A stretch of DNA of 64,000 nucleotides. Origin: Chitinophagaceae bacterium (GTDB lineage: Bacteria; Bacteroidota; Bacteroidia; Chitinophagales; Chitinophagaceae). Below are positions 1 to 8,616 of this stretch, piece by piece; position 1 is the stretch's first letter; every line of letters starts with the position of its first letter. Position numbers and translations under genes: made by a program. The DNA lies in NCBI GenBank assembly GCA_041486045.1, contig JBGPKR010000003.1, positions 4,295 through 68,294 of the forward strand. The letters run 5' to 3'. The notes beneath the pieces were generated by a model. The model searched no databases. It saw only the letters and a program-made list of their open reading frames with translations, and was not told the DNA's origin.

Positions 1-199
1 CAGCAGCATTGGGTGTATAGCCTTTCAGGTTTTCAGCATACCAGTGAAAGGAAGTATCATTCAGCAATACCTCATGGGAAATAATTCCCTTCAGGCTTTT
101 CTCATTCGGTCTTTCCACCAGCACCTGGTACTGATTTTGAGCCAGGGCTACACTGCCGGATAAAAGGGCAAGGATAAAAACGGGCATTAATTTCTTCAT
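1..199 (-). CDS. Exported protein, 5' part only (runs off window); possibly thioredoxin-like family
   Basis: ATG at 199; MKKLMPVFILALLSGSVALAQNQYQVLVERPNEKSLKGIISHEVLLNDTSFHWYAENLKGYTPNAA, open to the window edge; signal peptide visible; family call is recollection only. Confidence 0.55.
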   Translation of the reverse strand, partial: MKKLMPVFILALLSGSVALAQNQYQVLVERPNEKSLKGIISHEVLLNDTSFHWYAENLKGYTPNAA

Positions 200-219
200 T
201 AGAGTTGTATTAAGTGTGG

Positions 220-227
220 CAAATGTA
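220..227 (-). promoter_or_regulatory. Bacteroidota -7 promoter element (TACATTTG)
   Basis: Matches TAnnTTTG, ~20 nt upstream of ATG at 199. Confidence 0.6.
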
Positions 228-232
228 CAAAG

Positions 233-259
233 CCTGCCCGACTGAGTCATTCAGGCGGG
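233..259. repeat. CCTGCCCG...CAGGCGGG palindromic miniature repeat
   Basis: cctgcccg-actgagtcatt-caggcggg; same termini as the copy at 22123-22143. Confidence 0.6.
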
Positions 260-303
260 GGTGCAGGCAAATGATGAAGGAAGTGATGTTAAAGTTGCAG
301 GGA

Positions 304-430
304 GCAATGGGCAATTTGCAATAGACAATAAGTAAAAGAGTCTTTCAATGTATTAGAAAACGGAAAAATTGCGAAAATTCCCAAACTACAGGTTCAAATT
401 GCCAGTTGTAAATTGTCTATTGCCGGTTGA
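304..430. repeat. Inverted pair of 7-bp tandem arrays
   Basis: gcaatgg gcaattt gcaatag acaataa (304-331) and aaattgc cagttgt aaattgt ctattgc (396-423). Confidence 0.7.
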
Positions 431-988
431 TCACAGATTAGCCCTCAGTTCCAGCAAAAATCCTTTGATCTTTTCCAGCGACTGCATCATCGCAAATTTC
501 TCTTCCGCTTTTTTATTTTTCTTCAGGTAATCTTTTGCTCCCTCAATGGTGAATTTGCGGCGACGGAGCAGATCATAAATGAGCACCAGGTTTTTTATAT
601 CAATGGGGCGGAAAAAGCGGTCTCCTTTCCGGTTCTTGCGGGGTTGCAGGATGTCAAATTCTGTTTCCCAGTAGCGGATCAATGATTGATTTTCCCTGAA
701 CATGGCAGCCACCTCACCAATGGAATAATATTGCTTCTGAAAAAGAATATCATCGGGAGGAATATTGATCAGGTCAGCATGAATGGCAATCTCTTTTAAT
801 GAACGTCGCCCCCGTTTGCCCTGGGCAGAAACCTGCTCCTGCTTTTCATTTTTTATTTTAACAACCGGTTCATTCATTTCAATTGTCTTTTTTTTATCTG
901 CTATAACGGAAGAAGTAACTGCCGGGGTGATTTTTGTTTCCTCAGTTGCGACAAAATCAAAAGTAATTTGCGATAATGATTTTTCCAT
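431..988 (-). CDS. MerR-family transcriptional regulator with N-terminal extension
   Basis: YYSIGEVAAMF...SLIRYWE...RKNRKGDRFF MerR HTH motif. Confidence 0.9.
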   Translation of the reverse strand: MEKSLSQITFDFVATEETKITPAVTSSVIADKKKTIEMNEPVVKIKNEKQEQVSAQGKRGRRSLKEIAIHADLINIPPDDILFQKQYYSIGEVAAMFRENQSLIRYWETEFDILQPRKNRKGDRFFRPIDIKNLVLIYDLLRRRKFTIEGAKDYLKKNKKAEEKFAMMQSLEKIKGFLLELRANL

Positions 989-1067
989 ACATGTAAAGGT
1001 ACGATGCCTTCAGCCATCATAAACAAGCCGGGACATATTGTGGAAAAAAGAAAAGCTTCGGGTCACC

Positions 1068-1130
1068 AGCTACGAGTTACGAGATAAAGGAATTTAGCTG
1101 CTCGTAGCTCACAGCTCAAAACTCATAGCT
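1068..1130. repeat. Inverted pair of 7-bp tandem arrays
   Basis: agctacg agttacg (1068-1081) vs ctcgtag ctcacag ctcaaaa ctcatag (1101-1128). Confidence 0.65.
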
Positions 1131-1136
1131 TTCTTA

Positions 1137-2108
1137 TTAATCAAAACTTTGATTGGAAGCCGCTGCTTTTTTCAATATCAGGTCAAACTGTTCGGGAGTA
1201 AGGTCGTTGTAGAAGAAATATATTGGATCAATTTTCTCACCGTTTTTATGTACTTCATAATGGCAGTGTGGCCCTGTTGATTTTCCGGTGCTGCCCACCC
1301 AGCCGATCACTTCTCCTCTTTTCACCAACTGCCCGTTCCTTGCTTTCACCCGAACCATATGGCCATACAATGTTTCATATCCATATCCATGATTGATGAC
1401 CACATGATTGCCAAAACCATTGCCGGTGATGCCTGCTGTAGTTACTGTGCCGTCAGCCGTTGCATAGATGGGAGTGCCCTGTGGCGCTGAAAAATCGAGA
1501 CCGGCATGAAATTTTGTGGTCTTGTACACCGGGTCAATGCGATAACCAAATCCTGAAGCAATACGATTGAGGTCTTTATTGCTTACCGGTTGAATGGCGG
1601 GAGTATGAGACAGTAGCTGCTCTTTATTTTTTACCAGGTCATCTACTTCGTCATAGGATTTCTGTTGCGCTTTTATCCTGCTGTTGAGATTATCTAATGT
1701 ATTGGTGATAGCAGCAACAAGTTGCTGGTCTTTAAGTTTTTCAACAGTTGCAACTTCCAGTTTGGTTTCAATTTCTTTTGCCCTCGCGCTGTCCGGGATG
1801 GGGGTAGCTTCAAAAATGGCACGGTAAACATCATTATCTCTTTTCTCTAATTCCTTCATCTGTTGCTGTACAGATTTCAATGAATCTGCCAGGTCATAGT
1901 AATTATCTTTCAGCGCCTTGTTCCGCTGCTCCAGAATTTTTTCTTTGGGAGAACCAATAAACTGAAAAGCGGCATAGGAAATCAGGGCTGCGGTAACAAG
2001 AGCCGCCGCAATAAAACCAAAAATGCGCAGCAGTTTTACCCGGAACGGTATCTCCACCTTTTCGTAGCGAAGCGTACTGGTGTTATAGTAATATTTTATT
2101 TTCTTCAT
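1137..2108 (-). CDS. M23-family metallopeptidase (peptidoglycan hydrolase)
   Basis: HAGLDF (HxxxD), GFGNHV, GKSTGPHCHYEV (HxH); N-terminal TM and coiled coil. Confidence 0.93.
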   Translation of the reverse strand: MKKIKYYYNTSTLRYEKVEIPFRVKLLRIFGFIAAALVTAALISYAAFQFIGSPKEKILEQRNKALKDNYYDLADSLKSVQQQMKELEKRDNDVYRAIFEATPIPDSARAKEIETKLEVATVEKLKDQQLVAAITNTLDNLNSRIKAQQKSYDEVDDLVKNKEQLLSHTPAIQPVSNKDLNRIASGFGYRIDPVYKTTKFHAGLDFSAPQGTPIYATADGTVTTAGITGNGFGNHVVINHGYGYETLYGHMVRVKARNGQLVKRGEVIGWVGSTGKSTGPHCHYEVHKNGEKIDPIYFFYNDLTPEQFDLILKKAAASNQSFD

Positions 2109-2158
2109 GAAGAAGGCCTTAAACCTGTTTCAGGCAAGCAAATGCCACCTGAATATTT

Positions 2159-2166
2159 TACCTTTG
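2159..2166 (+). promoter_or_regulatory. -7 promoter element for alaS (TACCTTTG)
   Basis: TAnnTTTG match; implies a ~245-nt alaS leader. Confidence 0.55.
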
Positions 2167-2185
2167 CCCGGCTTTCGGGAGCTAA

Positions 2186-2193
2186 CAAATATA
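2186..2193 (-). promoter_or_regulatory. -7 promoter element for the M23 gene (TATATTTG)
   Basis: TAnnTTTG match on - strand, divergent from the alaS promoter. Confidence 0.55.
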
Positions 2194-2307
2194 GCTCCAT
2201 AAACTGCAAAAATCAACCCAATCTGTTCCGGCATTGCCGGGATAAAAAATGAGATAAATACTTATGGTACCAGCTATAGTACTACTATCATCGTCCCTTG
2301 CAGTTTA

Positions 2308-2326
2308 CCCTGAGTTTATCGAAGGG
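2308..2326. repeat. CCCTGAG-N-TCGAAGGG REP-like short repeat
   Basis: ccctgagtttatcgaaggg resembles the ccctgagcttgtcgaaggg intergenic repeat type; single copy here. Confidence 0.4.
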
Positions 2327-2383
2327 CACACTTGTGCTGCAGGAATTCTGCTGGGCAACAAAGGCACATGCTTGATTGATACC

Positions 2384-2414
2384 CCATTCACCACTCACCA
2401 CTCACCACTCACCT
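2384..2414 (+). repeat. 7-bp tandem array directly before alaS start
   Basis: ccattca ccactca ccactca ccactca cct, then t-ATG. Confidence 0.8.
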
Positions 2415-2415
2415 T

Positions 2416-5109
2416 ATGATGACCAGCGCAGATATACGAAATGCTTTTATGGATTTTTTCCGGTCAAAAGGACATGAAATTGTTCCCTCAGCCCCGATCG
2501 TGATAAAGAATGACCCTACGCTGATGTTCACCAATGCAGGGATGAACCAGTTCAAGGATTATTTTCTCGGGAATAAAAAGGCGCCAAACCCAAGAATAGC
2601 CGACACCCAAAAATGTTTACGGGTAAGCGGAAAGCACAACGACCTGGAAGAAGTGGGAGTGGATACTTATCATCACACCATGTTCGAGATGCTGGGCAAC
2701 TGGAGTTTTGGGGATTACTTTAAAAAAGAAGCCATTGCCTGGAGCTGGGAATTATTGACAGAAATTTATAAAATACCCCGGGACAGATTATATGTAACCG
2801 TTTTTGAAGGGGATAAAAAAGAAAAACTTCCAAAGGATGAAGAAGCGATCAGTGAATGGGCAAAATGCGTAGCCAATGACAGGATACTTCTGTTTGGCAG
2901 AAAAGATAATTTCTGGGAAATGGGAGACAGCGGTCCCTGTGGCCCCTGCACAGAGATACATGTGGATTGCAGGAGCGATGAAGAAAGAAAAAAAGTGGAT
3001 GGAAAAACACTGGTGAATAAAGATCATCCTCAGCTGATTGAAATTTGGAACAATGTATTTATCCAGTTCAATCGCTTAAAGGACGGCAGCCTTGAACCCT
3101 TACCTGCCAAACATGTGGATACCGGGATGGGCCTGGAAAGATTAGTAAGGGTATTACAGGGAAAGACTTCCAATTATGATACGGATATGTTTTCAGGTAC
3201 CATTGCTGAAACAGGTAAAATAGTAAATAAAGAATATAAAAGTGGCGATGATAAAACGAGTATTGCTTTCCGGGTTATTGCTGACCATATCCGCGCAATC
3301 AGTTTTACCATTGCTGATGGTCAATTGCCTTCTAACACCGGTGCAGGCTATGTGATACGTCGCATTCTGAGAAGGGCCGTTCGTTATTATTATTCTTACC
3401 TGGATTATAAACAGCCGTTGCTGCACCAGTTATTGCCCGGTTTGGCAAAACAATTTGAAAATGTGTTCCCTGAATTGCAGAAGCAGGTTGATTTTGTTGA
3501 GAGAGTAATAAAGGAGGAAGAAGAAGGTTTTTTGAAAACTCTGGAAGCGGGGTTAAAACGATTCGATAATTATTTCAAAGAAGAAGGGGTTCCTTCAATT
3601 GCTAATTCACCCGAAGATTTAGAAAAATTAATGGGAGATAGATGGGATAATTCAAAAAGTATTTCTAAAAAGGAGATTTCTGGGAGTTTTGCTTTTGAAT
3701 TACATGACACATATGGTTTCCCAATCGATTTGACACAATTAATAGCAAAAGAAAAAGGGTGGACGGTCAATATGGAAGATTTTAATAAAGAATTAGAACA
3801 ACAAAAAATCCGTTCTCGAGCAGCCACTTCTGTTGATGCAGAAGACTGGATTGTTTTAAAAGAAGGGTCTAATAAGTTTGTTGGTTATGATTCTTTTACA
3901 GCCCAAAGCGAAGTAATAAAATATAGAAAAGCGACATCAAAAGGCAAAGAAGCTTTTCAAATTGTGCTAGATACAACTCCATTTTATGCGGAAAGTGGAG
4001 GGCAAGTTGGCGATACAGGGCTCTTGTTTTTTGGAGATGAAGAAATTGAAATATACGATACTAAAAGAGACAATGATTTAATCATTCATTTTACAAATAA
4101 ACTCCCCAAAAAAATTTCCGGTATAGTTACAGCAAGAGTTGATATTCTTAAAAGAGCTTTTACAACGTATAATCATACGGCTACCCATCTTTTGCATGCT
4201 GCATTGCGTAAAATTCTTGGTACTCATGTAACTCAGAAAGGGAGTTTAGTAAAAGATGAATATCTCCGGTTTGATTTTTCTCATTTTGCGAAAGTAACCG
4301 ATGAAGAAATAGCAGCCGTTGAAAAAATGGTAAATGAAAAAATAAGAGAGAATATTACGGTTGAAACGCCATCGATGCCCAAAGATGAAGCTTTGAAACT
4401 TGGAGCGATGGCTTTGTTTGGAGAGAAGTACGGAGATTTCGTGAGAGTAGTTATTGTAGATCGCAAATATTCAATAGAATTATGTGGAGGAACACACGTA
4501 AAAGCTACAGGTCAATTAGGTTTATTTAAGATTATTAGTGAAACTGCAGTAGCAGCAGGTATAAGACGTATCGAAGCAGTTACTGGATATGCTTCAGAAG
4601 AACATGTAAATAAGAGATTTGGTTTAATTGATTCAATTAGTGAAGCGTTAAAGAACCCAAAGGATATTCAAAAAGCGGTAGAGGATCTGCAGGCAGAAAA
4701 TACTGAACTGAAGAAGCACCTGGAATCAATGGAGGCAAGGCAGCTTGTTGCAATCCGCAATGAATTACTGCAAAAAGATGAGATCATCAACGGCGTAAAT
4801 TTTGTCGGTGATATTATTGAAGTAAATAATCCTGATTCGTTGAAAAAACTTTGCTTTGATTTAAAAAATCACCTCCGGGATCATGTAGCAGTTCTTTGTG
4901 TTAACATAGATGGAAAACCCTTTGTAGCAGTTGGTATTTCAGAAACAGTTGTTGCCGCTAAAAATTTAGATGCCGGGAAAATTATAAAGGAACATATTGC
5001 TCCGTTAATTAAGGGCGGTGGAGGTGGACAAAAAACATTGGCAACTGCCGGGGGCCAGGACCCAAGTAAACTGAAACTGGTAATAGAAGCAGTTAGGAAG
5101 TTATTATGA
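2416..5109 (+). CDS. alaS: Alanine--tRNA ligase
   Basis: LMFTNAGMNQFK, HHTMFEMLGNWSFGDYFK, HTATHLLH and ELCGGTH editing motifs, C-terminal GGGG. Confidence 0.98.
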   Translation: MMTSADIRNAFMDFFRSKGHEIVPSAPIVIKNDPTLMFTNAGMNQFKDYFLGNKKAPNPRIADTQKCLRVSGKHNDLEEVGVDTYHHTMFEMLGNWSFGDYFKKEAIAWSWELLTEIYKIPRDRLYVTVFEGDKKEKLPKDEEAISEWAKCVANDRILLFGRKDNFWEMGDSGPCGPCTEIHVDCRSDEERKKVDGKTLVNKDHPQLIEIWNNVFIQFNRLKDGSLEPLPAKHVDTGMGLERLVRVLQGKTSNYDTDMFSGTIAETGKIVNKEYKSGDDKTSIAFRVIADHIRAISFTIADGQLPSNTGAGYVIRRILRRAVRYYYSYLDYKQPLLHQLLPGLAKQFENVFPELQKQVDFVERVIKEEEEGFLKTLEAGLKRFDNYFKEEGVPSIANSPEDLEKLMGDRWDNSKSISKKEISGSFAFELHDTYGFPIDLTQLIAKEKGWTVNMEDFNKELEQQKIRSRAATSVDAEDWIVLKEGSNKFVGYDSFTAQSEVIKYRKATSKGKEAFQIVLDTTPFYAESGGQVGDTGLLFFGDEEIEIYDTKRDNDLIIHFTNKLPKKISGIVTARVDILKRAFTTYNHTATHLLHAALRKILGTHVTQKGSLVKDEYLRFDFSHFAKVTDEEIAAVEKMVNEKIRENITVETPSMPKDEALKLGAMALFGEKYGDFVRVVIVDRKYSIELCGGTHVKATGQLGLFKIISETAVAAGIRRIEAVTGYASEEHVNKRFGLIDSISEALKNPKDIQKAVEDLQAENTELKKHLESMEARQLVAIRNELLQKDEIINGVNFVGDIIEVNNPDSLKKLCFDLKNHLRDHVAVLCVNIDGKPFVAVGISETVVAAKNLDAGKIIKEHIAPLIKGGGGGQKTLATAGGQDPSKLKLVIEAVRKLL

Positions 5110-5262
5110 TCAGCGGCGAAAACGAATTTCATCTTCGTCGTCATCAAAGCGTTGTCCTTTTTTGGGACCCAGTTTTTTGTTTTCTTTATACACCCGGATT
5201 GTAAAGATGATAACTGCAATACAAAAGACGGCAAAAACACCTGCTACAATATAATAAAACAT
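5110..5262 (-). CDS. Small single-pass membrane protein (50 aa), not in the ORF track
   Basis: MFYYIVAGVFAVFCIAVIIFTIRVYKENKKLGPKKGQRFDDDEDEIRFRR*: TM helix, basic then acidic tail; fills the alaS-GNAT gap. Confidence 0.65.
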   Translation of the reverse strand: MFYYIVAGVFAVFCIAVIIFTIRVYKENKKLGPKKGQRFDDDEDEIRFRR

Positions 5263-5363
5263 AAATCGTTGTGTTTCGTTAAAACACATTTCAAAAATCC
5301 GTATTTATAATTCATATATCAATACCATTTTCGGGTTAGTAAAAATACTGCAGGTTTATCATT

Positions 5364-5879
5364 ATGAATATTGTTATAGAAACAGAAAGGTTATTGCTTC
5401 GCACTTTTACAGTGGAAGATGCACCGCTTATTTACGAACTGAATCTTGACCCTGAGGTTATCCGCTACACCCTTGACCCCATCAAAGATATTGACCATGC
5501 GGGGCAGGTACTAGAACAGGTTATTTTACCCCAATATGCTTTATATAATCATGGCCGCTGGGCAGTGCATACTAAGCCCGGGTTGGAATTCATAGGCTGG
5601 TGTGGTTTAAAGGCAAGACCGGAACGTAATGAAATTGATCTCGGTTACAGGTTTATTAAATCCGCCTGGGGCAGGGGCTATGCAACCGAAGCAGCCTGGG
5701 CCTGCATTCAATACGGGTTTGAAAAACTGCAGCTGCAGCGTATCATTGGCCGGGCAATGCCGGAAAACATAGGCTCTCTGAGGGTATTGGAGAAATGCGG
5801 GATGACCTATATCGGCGAAGGGATAGTGGATGGCCACCCGGCCAAAACCTATGAAATGCTGAATCCGTCTATCCATTGA
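5364..5879 (+). CDS. GNAT N-acetyltransferase (RimJ/RimL type)
   Basis: ETERLLLR, EIDLGYRF, WGRGYATEAA, SLRVLEKCGM. Confidence 0.92.
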   Translation: MNIVIETERLLLRTFTVEDAPLIYELNLDPEVIRYTLDPIKDIDHAGQVLEQVILPQYALYNHGRWAVHTKPGLEFIGWCGLKARPERNEIDLGYRFIKSAWGRGYATEAAWACIQYGFEKLQLQRIIGRAMPENIGSLRVLEKCGMTYIGEGIVDGHPAKTYEMLNPSIH

Positions 5880-5945
5880 TATTGCCTCTCAAAAATCAAA
5901 TGCTTTTAACATTTCCGAAACATTTCGTATTTCAGAAAATGTCAC

Positions 5946-5953
5946 TATATTTG
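5946..5953 (+). promoter_or_regulatory. -7 promoter element (TATATTTG)
   Basis: TAnnTTTG ~40 nt before ATG 5993; argues against the 5876 start in the ORF track. Confidence 0.6.
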
Positions 5954-5992
5954 GCTACGAAACTTAACGTAGATAATCAAAAAAATCAGATT

Positions 5993-7018
5993 ATGAAAAA
6001 GAACTGGATAAAACTCTTTGCTTTTTCCTTTGCCATTGCATTATTAGCTCCGGCTTCTTTGCTGGCACAAAAAGAAGAGAAAATTAAAGAGACGAAAGAA
6101 AAAAAAGATGTTCAGCAAATTATCATCACCCGTAAAAATGATAAGGCTGACAAAATAGTCGTTGAAATTAACGGCGATAAAATCACAGTTAACGGGAAGC
6201 CGCTGGATGAATACAAAGACAAGGATGGCGATATAAGTGTACGGCTTCAGAAATTCAAAGAATTGGAAGCGCTGGCAAGAATTCCCGGCATGGGCAATAA
6301 CTGGAATTTTAACGGTAATGGAGATAATAATTTCCGTTATTTCAGTGAAGATACCAACCAGGCCATGCTCGGGGTCACTTCTGAAAAAGTTGAACAGGGC
6401 GTGGAAATTCAGGATATAACCAAGGAAAGTGCAGCAGAAAAAGCCGGGCTGAAAGAAAATGACATCATTACAAAAATTGATGATACAAAAATTGAAGACC
6501 CTGATGATCTTTCTTCCGTTATTAAAAAACATAAACCGGGTGATAAAGTAACAGTTACTTACCTGCGGGATAAGAAAGAACAAAAAGCTACAGCTGAATT
6601 GACCAAATGGAAAGGAGTAAATATGTTTACAACAACTCCTGGATTTAAGATGGATATGGGCGATATGAATTGGGAAAAGATCATGCCCAAAATTCAGACC
6701 ATGCCCCGTATGAATCAGAATTGGAATTGGGTAAGTGGCGGACCCAAATTGGGATTATCTGTTCAGGACACCGACGACGGCAAGGGCGTTAAAGTAATTG
6801 AAGTGGATGAAGAAAGCAATGCCGAAAAAGCCGGGATCAAAGAAGATGATGTAATTACTGATGTGGATGGTAAGGCAGTAAATGGCGCCGATGAAATGGC
6901 AAAGATCATCCGTGAAAGCAAGGACAAGATTTCAGTAATGATAAAACTGCAGCGTAGCGGAAAAACCCAGAATATAGAAGTAAAAATGCCGCGAAAATTA
7001 AAGACAGCCGACCTGTAA
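5993..7018 (+). CDS. Exported tandem-PDZ-domain protein (no protease domain seen)
   Basis: Signal peptide MKKNWIKLF...LLAQ; two PDZ repeats (LGV..GVEI..SAAEKAGLKENDII; LGLSV..GVKVI..SNAEKAGIKEDDVI). Confidence 0.88.
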   Translation: MKKNWIKLFAFSFAIALLAPASLLAQKEEKIKETKEKKDVQQIIITRKNDKADKIVVEINGDKITVNGKPLDEYKDKDGDISVRLQKFKELEALARIPGMGNNWNFNGNGDNNFRYFSEDTNQAMLGVTSEKVEQGVEIQDITKESAAEKAGLKENDIITKIDDTKIEDPDDLSSVIKKHKPGDKVTVTYLRDKKEQKATAELTKWKGVNMFTTTPGFKMDMGDMNWEKIMPKIQTMPRMNQNWNWVSGGPKLGLSVQDTDDGKGVKVIEVDEESNAEKAGIKEDDVITDVDGKAVNGADEMAKIIRESKDKISVMIKLQRSGKTQNIEVKMPRKLKTADL

Positions 7019-7045
7019 TATTTTTTAGTTTTTTCTTTGGTGAAT

Positions 7046-7082
7046 AAGCCCCTGGTTTCAACCGGGGGCTTTAACTTTTTTG
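7046..7082 (+). terminator. Intrinsic terminator
   Basis: 11-bp stem aagcccctggt-ttca-accgggggctt followed by a T-rich tail. Confidence 0.75.
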
Positions 7083-7108
7083 GCAAACAGGTAGTGCGGC
7101 AAATGGTC

Positions 7109-7116
7109 TATTTTTG
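7109..7116 (+). promoter_or_regulatory. -7 promoter element for gatB (TATTTTTG)
   Basis: TAnnTTTG 14 nt before ATG. Confidence 0.55.
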
Positions 7117-7130
7117 CGGCTTTATAAATA

Positions 7131-8612
7131 ATGACTGCTGTTGATTCATACGAAGTAGTAGTAGGGCTGGAAGTGCATGCACAACTGCTTACACAAAGCA
7201 AATTATTTTGCGGTGACAGTATTGCTTTTGGTGCAGAGCCCAATACGCATGTCAGCCCCATTACTCTCGGCCACCCGGGAACATTACCAAAAATGAACAA
7301 AAAGGCAATTGAGTTTGCCATTAAAATGGGCCTGGCCTGTCATTGTGAAATTGTAAAGCATAATTATTTTGTCCGTAAAAATTATTTTTATCCCGACCTC
7401 CCTAAAGGATACCAGGTGTCACAACACAGCACACCCATTTGCAAGGGAGGGTTTATAAAAATTAAAACAAATGCCGGTGAAAAAAGTATCCGGCTAAACC
7501 GTATTCACCTGGAAGAAGATGCGGGTAAAAGCCTGCATGATGCTGACAGCAGCAATACCTGTATTGATTATAATCGTGCCGGCACCCCTTTGATCGAAAT
7601 CGTAACGGAGCCGGACCTCCGCAACGGGGAAGAGGCATTTGCTTATTTGATGGAGATCAGGAAAATGGTCCGCTACCTGGAAATATGCGATGGCAATATG
7701 GAAGAAGGAAGTCTTCGCTGTGATGCGAACATTTCTGTACGTAAAAAGGGTGAAACAGGATTAGGTACAAAAGTAGAAGTAAAGAATTTAAACTCGATCC
7801 GGAATGTAAAAAGAGCTATTGAGGCAGAGGCAAAAAGACTGATTGATAAAATGGAACAGGGGGAAATTATCAGCCAGCAAACAAGAAGCTTTGATGCAAA
7901 TAACGGAACAACCTTTACCATCCGGGATAAAGAAGATGCTGATGATTACCGGTATTTTGCCGAACCTGATCTTACTCCCTTTCACCTGCAGGATGAATTC
8001 ATTGAGAAAATACGCCGCAGCATTCCTGTTTTACCCGAAGAAAGGACAAAAAAATATATTTCAGAATTTCAGCTTTCAGAATATGATGCCAGCGTACTGA
8101 CAGAAGAAAAATATTTTGCGGATTATTTTGAAAATGTGATTTCCTTTCTCCCCTCTCCACGGAGTGGAGAGGGGTCGGGGGTGAGGTATAAGGCGGCGGC
8201 CAACTGGATGCTGGGCCCGGTTAAATCATGGCAGAATGAGAACAATAAAGAAATTGGTGAATTTCCCATAAGCCCTGAACAGCTTGCTTCGGTAATTAAG
8301 CTGGTTGATTCCGGGAAAATCAGCTTTTCGGCAGCCTCCACAAAATTATTTCCCCGGGTATTACAAAACCCTGGCAGGGATCCGGAAGAAATTGCAACAG
8401 AACAAAACCTTATTCAGCAGTCTGATCTGTCAGATATCCGACCCATTGTTGACAAGGTGCTGGAGAAATTTGCAGATAAAGTGCTTGAATATAAAAAAGG
8501 AAAGAAAGGGCTGCTGGCTTTGTTTGTCGGAGAAGTGATGAAACAGTCAAAAGGCAAAGCTGATCCGAAGATCACCAATAAGTTATTACTGGAAAAATTA
8601 AAATCAAAATAA
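7131..8612 (+). CDS. gatB: Asp-tRNA(Asn)/Glu-tRNA(Gln) amidotransferase subunit B
   Basis: VGLEVHAQL, RKNYFYPDLPKGYQ, DYNRAGTPLIEIV, GSLRCDANIS, DYRYFAEPDL. Confidence 0.98.
   Translation: MTAVDSYEVVVGLEVHAQLLTQSKLFCGDSIAFGAEPNTHVSPITLGHPGTLPKMNKKAIEFAIKMGLACHCEIVKHNYFVRKNYFYPDLPKGYQVSQHSTPICKGGFIKIKTNAGEKSIRLNRIHLEEDAGKSLHDADSSNTCIDYNRAGTPLIEIVTEPDLRNGEEAFAYLMEIRKMVRYLEICDGNMEEGSLRCDANISVRKKGETGLGTKVEVKNLNSIRNVKRAIEAEAKRLIDKMEQGEIISQQTRSFDANNGTTFTIRDKEDADDYRYFAEPDLTPFHLQDEFIEKIRRSIPVLPEERTKKYISEFQLSEYDASVLTEEKYFADYFENVISFLPSPRSGEGSGVRYKAAANWMLGPVKSWQNENNKEIGEFPISPEQLASVIKLVDSGKISFSAASTKLFPRVLQNPGRDPEEIATEQNLIQQSDLSDIRPIVDKVLEKFADKVLEYKKGKKGLLALFVGEVMKQSKGKADPKITNKLLLEKLKSK
8148..8186 (+). 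repeat. Palindromic repeat element inserted in frame in gatB
   Basis: ctcccctctcc-acggagt-ggagaggggtcgggggtgagg = LPSPRSGEGSGVR; perfect 9-bp stem cccctctcc/ggagagggg. Confidence 0.8.
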
Positions 8613-8616
8613 ACGA

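Noticed and set aside
4881-5240. Antisense ORFs in the track (e.g. 4881-5240, 6044-6583, 25972-26580, 51559-52053, 60502-60945)
   Set aside because: Shadow frames of well-supported genes, with no motifs or independent signals.
7131-8612. gatB without adjacent gatA/gatC
   Set aside because: Dispersed gat genes are not unusual and the partners may lie outside this window.
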